Positions 57,621 through 64,000 of a stretch of DNA of 64,000 nucleotides are shown one piece after another; the first letter of the stretch is position 1, and the number at the start of each line of letters is the position of its first letter. A model generated the notes under the pieces. That model did not search any database. It saw only the letters and a program-made list of their open reading frames with translations, and was not told the origin of the DNA. Made by a program: the position numbers and the translations under genes. Source of the DNA: Smithellaceae bacterium (lineage in GTDB: Bacteria > Desulfobacterota > Syntrophia > Syntrophales > Smithellaceae); the NCBI GenBank assembly GCA_963667845.2, contig CAXXVL010000001.1, positions 736,001 to 800,000 on the forward strand, written 5' to 3'.

Positions 57621-58943
57621 TTAGAAGGTCAGCGTCAATTTGTTGATGACCAGGTAGTCGTCGCGGACGCTGTTGGCGTCACTTTCTCCTTTGTAGAATT
57701 TACCGGTAAACATGTAACCGCCGCCCAGCATATAAGAAAGGTTATTTGTTATTTTATATTGAGCGGTCAGATCAACTTCAAAGCCGTAAGAGTTGTCCAC
57801 CCATGCCGCAGTCGGCTTTCTGTCGGCGTTGGCATAGGACACGGATCCCATAATATCCAGGCGATCAACAGGCCGGACACCGGCGCGCGCCTGGAAGAAC
57901 CAGGCATTGGACATCGGGCTCGACTGGCGGGCGCTGTTGAACCCGTCAATATTGCCCTGCCAGTACGTCCGGTCGTAATTCCACATGATCAGACAGGGAT
58001 TCCAGTCGATGCCGCCGGTCAGAGTGCCGCCTTCCTTCTTATTGGTTGTCCCGGGGTCATCTCCAGACACGTAAGCCGCCGTCCCGCCGACGTAGAAGAC
58101 TCCGAAATCGGCCACGGCATCAACCCAGGCCGAGATGTTTTGCATGTCGACGTCGGGAAGAGGCGAGCCGTCGCCATATTCGTTTTCTTTGCCCCACGCA
58201 TAGTTGAATTCCGCCTGCAGGAAGACAGGTCCCAGCTTTGCCTGGGTGAAGGGTGTTATCAGAAAAAAGTGCTTCATATTGTCGGCGATGGGTTTCTGGT
58301 CGGCATACCGGTACCAATATAAACTCAGCCAGCCCAGGAAGTCTTTCCACTTGTATTGGGCCTCCACGCCGTAATTGTCATTATCGGCGTCCATTACGCC
58401 GGCCGGATTGACAAAAGTGCGGCTTCCCTCCTTCACCTTGGTGGCCTTGAGGTTTAATGTAAAGGGGCCGGTCGCAAATGTATATTTGACGCGGCCATTG
58501 GGTGTTCCGCTGTCGCCGAAGACGCCGCCGATTACCCCCGTGTTCATATAGCCGACGTCAAAAAGACCGATCGGCGATTTGTAAGTCAGATAAAGCCAAT
58601 CGAAAGCAATGTTTTCATTTTCAGCCCTTGTTGCCGCAGATGCGGAATCGAGCCCCGTTCCCGGTGTTGACCTTGGTCCGCCCCAGGCTCTCTTCATCGT
58701 ATCAAAACGCGTCGTCAGCATGAGGCCCGGCACTACAACAAGAACGCCTTTCGTGCGCAGTCTCTGGTAGTAGAAGGCGGTTGAAATTCCATCTGAAGCC
58801 GTGTCTTTCATAACATTGGTTTTGTCCAGATAAAGGCCCGCCGCGTAAAATTCTCCGCTGAATTGGAGATCCATCGCAAAGACGATGGTGCCAAACACCG
58901 TGATGAATACGATTGCCGCCAAAAAAACTCCGATTTTCTTCAT
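57621..58943 (-). CDS. Outer-membrane beta-barrel (porin-like) protein, paralogue 2
   Basis: Shares FSGEFYAAG, STAFYYQRLR, TRAENENIAFDW, YVSGDDP, DWNPCLIM, DYLVINKLTLTF with 12630..13970; ATG 58943 behind GGAGGG. Confidence 0.75.
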   Translation of the reverse strand: MKKIGVFLAAIVFITVFGTIVFAMDLQFSGEFYAAGLYLDKTNVMKDTASDGISTAFYYQRLRTKGVLVVVPGLMLTTRFDTMKRAWGGPRSTPGTGLDSASAATRAENENIAFDWLYLTYKSPIGLFDVGYMNTGVIGGVFGDSGTPNGRVKYTFATGPFTLNLKATKVKEGSRTFVNPAGVMDADNDNYGVEAQYKWKDFLGWLSLYWYRYADQKPIADNMKHFFLITPFTQAKLGPVFLQAEFNYAWGKENEYGDGSPLPDVDMQNISAWVDAVADFGVFYVGGTAAYVSGDDPGTTNKKEGGTLTGGIDWNPCLIMWNYDRTYWQGNIDGFNSARQSSPMSNAWFFQARAGVRPVDRLDIMGSVSYANADRKPTAAWVDNSYGFEVDLTAQYKITNNLSYMLGGGYMFTGKFYKGESDANSVRDDYLVINKLTLTF

Positions 58944-59327
58944 GATCAATCCCTCCCCAAACAAAAATTAACCCCAAACTCTCCTGTCTGAAACAAACGC
59001 ATATCGCCTTTATGTTTCTTTCAATTCCCAACAAAAATAATGGCTGATCAAGTAAATGACAATGGTAGTTAAGCATCAGGGCATTGTCAGGTCCGGACTA
59101 CCACTCGCTTTAGACGAAGAGGGGTCCGATATTTTCCCGTCTTTAACGATGCAAAGGTTTCTCTGCGGATCTCGGTTCCTGATGAACAAAATACTTGACG
59201 CGTCCTGACATACAAGAGATATATCGAGTCCAAAACAGCTGGAAACGGCGCATATATTCACGATCATGCTCGCGGGCCGGGCAAGAGCCGGTTTAAAATC
59301 AGGAGCACAATTTATGAACGTCATTGC

Positions 59328-59366
59328 AATCAACCACCTCGACAGCTTGCTGCGAGGTGGTTGATT
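59328..59366. repeat. Single hairpin unit of the same repeat family
   Basis: AATCAACCACCTCG-acagcttgctg-CGAGGTGGTTGATT. Confidence 0.8.
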
Positions 59367-59497
59367 GGACGCCGCCGCCCTGTTCGCGACCCTGTCACTT
59401 CAACCGGGTCGAAATGCCGCACTCGTCTTGACAATTCCGGATATGCTTTCAATTTATTCACTAAGAAATGAATTTTACAGATAGAGAGGAGAAGACC

Positions 59498-59998
59498 ATG
59501 AAAGATTTAAACTATCTCTGTGTTGCGGAAGATGTCCTCACCAGGATCAAGCAGGGGGCTTTCCTGACTGTCAAAGCCCGGACTGTCCAGAATACGATGA
59601 CCATCGGCTGGGTTACCTTCGGCTTTATCTGGCAAAAACCGGTCATGATGATCGCTGTGCGTTCGACCCGCCATACCTTTGACCTGATGGAAAGAGCCCG
59701 GGACTTTACGGTGACGGTGCCGTCCGGAGACATGGGCAAAATTCTTGCCGTATGCGGCTCCAAATCCGGCCGGGACGTCGATAAGTTCGCGCTGTGCAAA
59801 CTGGCCACGGCGGATGGCCGCCATGTTGTCTCGCCGATCATCAACGTTCCCGGAATCCACTATGAATGCCGGATCGTTTACGCATCGGCAATGAATCCGG
59901 CTCGTCTGGATGAAAATTATGACAAGACCCTCTATCCGAAAAAGGATTATCACACGCTTTATTTTGGAGAGATCCTGGCCTGCTACGAAACCGACTAG
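59498..59998 (+). CDS. Flavin reductase-like (flavoredoxin) protein
   Basis: NTMTIGW, AVRSTRHT, CGSKSGRDVDK, YHTLYFGEI; ATG 59498 behind GAGGAG. Confidence 0.87.
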   Translation: MKDLNYLCVAEDVLTRIKQGAFLTVKARTVQNTMTIGWVTFGFIWQKPVMMIAVRSTRHTFDLMERARDFTVTVPSGDMGKILAVCGSKSGRDVDKFALCKLATADGRHVVSPIINVPGIHYECRIVYASAMNPARLDENYDKTLYPKKDYHTLYFGEILACYETD

Positions 59999-60146
59999 TC
60001 CGGGCGCGGGGGCCGCTTCAGTAAAAAATGAAAATATCAATCCAGCGCCGGAATTGTCGGGAATGAGGCCTCTTCGTTGCGACGGCTGCAGATGCCTCTT
60101 GCGAGCGGTCCGTCCGCCTGGGATCGAATTCACAAATGAGCGATGC

Positions 60147-62435
60147 TCAGAGAAGAGGCTTTATTTTCTGCTTTCGCACATGATTGCAGGCGCGGATCAC
60201 CGCAATAAAGAGAGGCACCACACCCAGGAGGATAAAGACAGCGTCCGCGGGCAGGCGCGCCCACTCGATCGTCCGCGAAATTCTCCGGTCGAGAAAGTCG
60301 GCGCTTCTGGCGTGCCAGTAGCCGTTTTCCAATACGTCCCAGAACTGCAGCACCCCGCCGGGGAAGAGGTTGCAGATCACCATCAGAGCCAAGCCGATAT
60401 TCAGCCCCCAGAAGGACACGCGAATGTAACGTTCCACGTGTCCCCATCGGTCATCCGGCAGGACCTGGCGCATGGCAAAAACCATGAACGCCACGGCGAA
60501 CATCCCGAAGACACCCATGAAGGCTGAATGGCCGTGGTTCGTTGTGAGCAGGGTCCCAACCTCAAAATAGCTGATAATGGGCGTGTTGATGAGAAATCCG
60601 AAGACGCCGGCTCCCACGAAGTTCCAGAAGCCGACCGCCATGAGAAAATAAAAAGTCCATTTGTGCGGGATCGAGATGGTTTTGCCGCAGATGTCGCAGG
60701 TGCCTCCCGACAGCTTAATGAAGTCCCAGGCATCCAGGGTCAGGAGAATGAGCGGCACGACCTCCAGGGCGGAAAACATGGCGGCCAGAGCCAGTGTGAT
60801 GCCGGGCTGTCCCGTCCAATACCAGTGATGTCCGGTTCCGACAATACCTCCCGCTAAAAACAGGATCGCATCAAGATAGATCACCCGCAGGGCCGTCACG
60901 CGGGTTACCATGCCCAGTTTATAGAAGAGGACGGCGATCATGGCCGTAACGAAGAGTTCGAAGAAACCCTCCACCCACAGATGAATGATCCAGAAGCGCC
61001 ACATATCGACGACGGAGAAATGGGTCTGCCCGGTGAAGAAAAGGGCCGGCAGATAAAAGAAGGGGATCGCCGCGGCCGTCAGAAGAAACAGGGTGGCAAT
61101 CTCGCCCTGTTCGCTGTCTTTTCGTGCCGATCCCACCGCTCTCACGATGAGGACAAACCACAGGACAAGCCCCGCGACCAGCGCCAGTTGCCAGGCCCGT
61201 CCGAGGTCAAGGTATTCCCATCCCTGATGGCCGAGCCAGAACCATGCTGTTCCCGTGAGCTGGAGGACGCCGAACATTTCGCCTGCGAGACTGCCAAAAA
61301 CGACTATGACCAAAGCCGCAAAAAGAAGGTTGATCCCGATCGTCTGCCCTTTCGGATCACTGCCGCGAAAAGACGTCGCGAGAAAGAGGCCGCCGGCAAC
61401 GTAGCTTGTCGCGATCCAGAAAATCGCGGTCTGCAAATGCCAGGTGCGGAAGATATTGCTGGAAAAAAACCGGGAGAAATCCAGTCCGTAAAAGCTTCCC
61501 GGATCAACCCGGTAATGCGCCGTTGCGCCTCCGACCAGGACCTGCACCAGAAAAAGAACCACCGCCACGGCAAAAAATTTTATGGTCGCCCGTTGTCCCC
61601 CGGTCGCCGCTCCGGGCAGGAGCTGCGGGTGAATATGTTTTCCCGTCCCTTTCCACCCGAGGAAGTTGAACTTGCCGAAGGCGAAGAGAATGGCCGCTGT
61701 TCCCACAAGCAGCATGACAAGGCTCAGCGCACTCCAGAGGTAGGTGTCCGGCGTCGGCTGATTGCCGACAACCGGATCATAGGGGAAATTGGCCGTATAG
61801 GAATAGTCCTTTCCCGGACGATTGGCGACGGACGCCCAGGCCGTCCAGGCGAAGAAGGCCGTCAGCTGCCTGATTTCTTCGGGGTCCGAAATGAGCCCCG
61901 TCAGAAGTCCCCGATTGACGGCGGGGTTTTTGAAATAGTCAGTCCATTCTCCGATTTGCTTCTGGTAGGATGCTGTCTCTGCCTTGGTGAAGAGGAGGGA
62001 ATCCGTGTCGGGGTGATAACGGTTCGTCTTCAGCAGTTCGCGAACGTCCGTCTGCAGGGAAGCGCGTTGAGTGGCCGTGAGGGATTCAGGTGGCAGGTCA
62101 TAGTGGGATCGGGAGAGCATATCCGCCGCGTGAACGGCCAGGCGGTGAAGATAGGCGGCCGAAAAGTCCGGACCGAGGTACCCTCCGTGTCCCCAGATCG
62201 TGCCGTTTTCCATCAACCCGTAGCGGAGAAAAACTTCCTGTCCGGCAAGAATGTCACCGCGTGTAAAGACGGTCCCGCCGGCGGGATTTAACACGGTCAG
62301 GGGAATCGGCGGAGCATTCCTGTGCGTCGTAACGGCTATGCCGACCAGAACGGCAAAGCCGCAAACGGTGATCAGAAGGACGGATCTCCTCCACCAGGGT
62401 GACAGTCTTTCCATGGGATTTTCCCGGGTGTTCAT
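60147..62435 (-). CDS. norB: Quinol-dependent nitric oxide reductase (single-subunit qNOR)
   Basis: GTIWGHGGYLGPDFSA, RTWHLQ, QGWEYLDLGR, HLWVEGFFE, GTGHHWYW, NHGH. Confidence 0.93.
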   Translation of the reverse strand: MNTRENPMERLSPWWRRSVLLITVCGFAVLVGIAVTTHRNAPPIPLTVLNPAGGTVFTRGDILAGQEVFLRYGLMENGTIWGHGGYLGPDFSAAYLHRLAVHAADMLSRSHYDLPPESLTATQRASLQTDVRELLKTNRYHPDTDSLLFTKAETASYQKQIGEWTDYFKNPAVNRGLLTGLISDPEEIRQLTAFFAWTAWASVANRPGKDYSYTANFPYDPVVGNQPTPDTYLWSALSLVMLLVGTAAILFAFGKFNFLGWKGTGKHIHPQLLPGAATGGQRATIKFFAVAVVLFLVQVLVGGATAHYRVDPGSFYGLDFSRFFSSNIFRTWHLQTAIFWIATSYVAGGLFLATSFRGSDPKGQTIGINLLFAALVIVVFGSLAGEMFGVLQLTGTAWFWLGHQGWEYLDLGRAWQLALVAGLVLWFVLIVRAVGSARKDSEQGEIATLFLLTAAAIPFFYLPALFFTGQTHFSVVDMWRFWIIHLWVEGFFELFVTAMIAVLFYKLGMVTRVTALRVIYLDAILFLAGGIVGTGHHWYWTGQPGITLALAAMFSALEVVPLILLTLDAWDFIKLSGGTCDICGKTISIPHKWTFYFLMAVGFWNFVGAGVFGFLINTPIISYFEVGTLLTTNHGHSAFMGVFGMFAVAFMVFAMRQVLPDDRWGHVERYIRVSFWGLNIGLALMVICNLFPGGVLQFWDVLENGYWHARSADFLDRRISRTIEWARLPADAVFILLGVVPLFIAVIRACNHVRKQKIKPLL

Positions 62436-62506
62436 GTCTTCACCTCCACGGCGTTTCTTCCACTGTGAGAACGGACATACACGCGCGGCGGACTTAACCT
62501 GCGGAT

Positions 62507-63415
62507 TTACGGTGCGTAATGACCGGAAATGCGCAATATCCCGTCGAGCGTCATGGCCAGCATGATCAGCAATATGTAGTAATTCGTCTGCCTGAACAGA
62601 CCCGCGTAATCGCTCCGGCGTTTACCGATAAAGGCCATCCCCCGGATCAAAAGCCAGGCGGAGGCGGCAATCACCGCCGCCTTGGTGATCGGCAGGCGAA
62701 AGAGGCCGAACAAAATCACAAGCTCAGCGCTGACGACTGCTGCGCACAGCCACTGGAAGGCAATCCTTCTGAGCTGACTTTCCGTGAATGCCGTGGAAAG
62801 GGTGGGAAGGCCTGCCTTTTCATATTCCTTTCCACAGGCCAGTATGTGCAGAATGAAGTGGGATAACTGCCACATGAAGAAGAAAAAACAAAGCCCCGCC
62901 AGGCCGGCATCAAGGATGCTTCCGCCTCCGGCAAGCCAGCCCATGGCCGGCGGGATGGCGCCGACCAGCGCGCCCGGGATGGCGGCATAGCGGCTGCGGG
63001 CCTTAAGCCACGTGTAGAAACCGTTGTACCAGAAGATGGCGGCAAGCCCGAGAAGCGCGACGGCAGGCTTTTCCGTGACGGTCAGCAAGCCGCACCCCAA
63101 TGCGATCAATACAACGGACAGGGCCAGGGCGGCCGCGGGTTCAAGTCTTCCCGCCGGCAGGGGACGGCCGGCCGTCCGGGCCATCAGCGCATCGACGCGG
63201 CGCTCCTCGTAATGGTTCAGTGCGCCCGCGCCCGACGCTGTGAACAAAACGCCTAAAGCCAGCACCGGGAGGACAACCCATCGAGGGGTGTCAACCAGCA
63301 TAAATCCGCTCACGGCGGAAAAGGCCGAAAAAAGTGAAATCTGCGGCTTGCACAGGCTGAACATGCTGGGAAAATAGTTCCGGAGAAGAGGCGGGCTGAG
63401 CGTTTGTTCCGTCAT
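62507..63415 (-). CDS. cyoE: Protoheme IX farnesyltransferase (heme o synthase)
   Basis: LCKP, ALNHYEERRVDALMARTAGRPLPAG, GAIPPAMGW, WQLSHF. Confidence 0.9.
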   Translation of the reverse strand: MTEQTLSPPLLRNYFPSMFSLCKPQISLFSAFSAVSGFMLVDTPRWVVLPVLALGVLFTASGAGALNHYEERRVDALMARTAGRPLPAGRLEPAAALALSVVLIALGCGLLTVTEKPAVALLGLAAIFWYNGFYTWLKARSRYAAIPGALVGAIPPAMGWLAGGGSILDAGLAGLCFFFFMWQLSHFILHILACGKEYEKAGLPTLSTAFTESQLRRIAFQWLCAAVVSAELVILFGLFRLPITKAAVIAASAWLLIRGMAFIGKRRSDYAGLFRQTNYYILLIMLAMTLDGILRISGHYAP

Positions 63416-64000
63416 TATTTTAACGCCTCCAGGTAGACGGTGATGGTTTTAAGTTCCGAATCCGTCATGGGGATTTTGGGCATGATCGGGGGATATCCTT
63501 TGACCGTGGCCGCCTGAGGTTCCAGAATATGCTTCTGGATATAGGCCGCATCGACTGTTACCTCCTTCTCCGCCCCCGCGGCTATTACCGTTTCCCTGCG
63601 ACCCATCAGGCTTTTAAACGTCGGGCCGATCTTGGCCGATCCGTCCAGGGAATGACAGCCCAGGCATCCTTTGGCCTGCAGAATCTTCGGCCCGAGGTCC
63701 GCGGGAGTTTTGCCCTCGGGCGTATTCAGCCACCTGGCGAAGTTCTCCGCCGACACAACGTTCACCTTCGAGCGCATGTGAGAGTGGCCCAGCCCGCAGT
63801 ACTCGGTGCAGAAAAGATCATACGAACCCGTTTCGTCCGCGGTGAACCACAGATGGGTCTTCATGCCGGGAACGCAGTCCTCCTTGATCCGGAAAGCGGG
63901 AATGAATAGACTGTGAATGACGTCGGCCGAAGTCAGCACCAGCTTCACCGGCTTGCCCAGCGGGACATAGAGCACATCGCTCTGTTTGCCGTTTGTGTAC
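63415..64000 (-). CDS. coxB: Cytochrome c oxidase subunit II with fused cytochrome c (5' part outside window)
   Basis: DVIHS, CTEYCGLGHSHM CuA ligands; GCLGCH heme c motif. Confidence 0.92.
   Translation of the reverse strand, partial: YTNGKQSDVLYVPLGKPVKLVLTSADVIHSLFIPAFRIKEDCVPGMKTHLWFTADETGSYDLFCTEYCGLGHSHMRSKVNVVSAENFARWLNTPEGKTPADLGPKILQAKGCLGCHSLDGSAKIGPTFKSLMGRRETVIAAGAEKEVTVDAAYIQKHILEPQAATVKGYPPIMPKIPMTDSELKTITVYLEALK

Noticed and set aside
59086..59097. GTCAGGTCCGGA resembling the SRP RNA core
   Set aside because: Lacks the following AGGAAGCAGC and the long enclosing stem
60147..62435. NO dismutase instead of qNOR
   Set aside because: Canonical HLWVEGFFE and GTGHH ligands are retained

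Overview
Gene-dense bacterial chromosomal window. Gene content suggests an anaerobic deltaproteobacterium of the Syntrophales/Smithella type (inference). It carries housekeeping genes (truA, rmlD, mtaB-rnc-radical SAM-era-der), two rubrerythrin/ferritin-like genes, an MgtA-type P-ATPase and a nitroreductase-Nudix-MATE-alkyl sulfatase run. There is a sigma54-controlled acyl-CoA catabolic cluster whose enhancer, IHF and -24/-12 sites can be read in the sequence, two paralogous outer-membrane beta-barrel genes, and the end of a cytochrome c oxidase operon followed by a quinol-type NO reductase. The best candidate for an undescribed system is a polyhydroxyalkanoate island at about 40.2-48.1 kb. 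It comprises phaR, three tandem phasin-like paralogues, phaJ, a GAF-only protein coupled to a class III phaEC whose PhaC has a histone-like basic tail, and a divergent second PhaC-like enzyme with a long unknown N-terminus. Non-coding features include a 145-bp MITE-like element, a repeated ~97-bp hairpin element, heptamer tandem repeats and an isolated DnaA-box cluster. No rRNA, tRNA, CRISPR array or transposase was recognised. All functional calls rest on motif recognition by eye; no database search was run.
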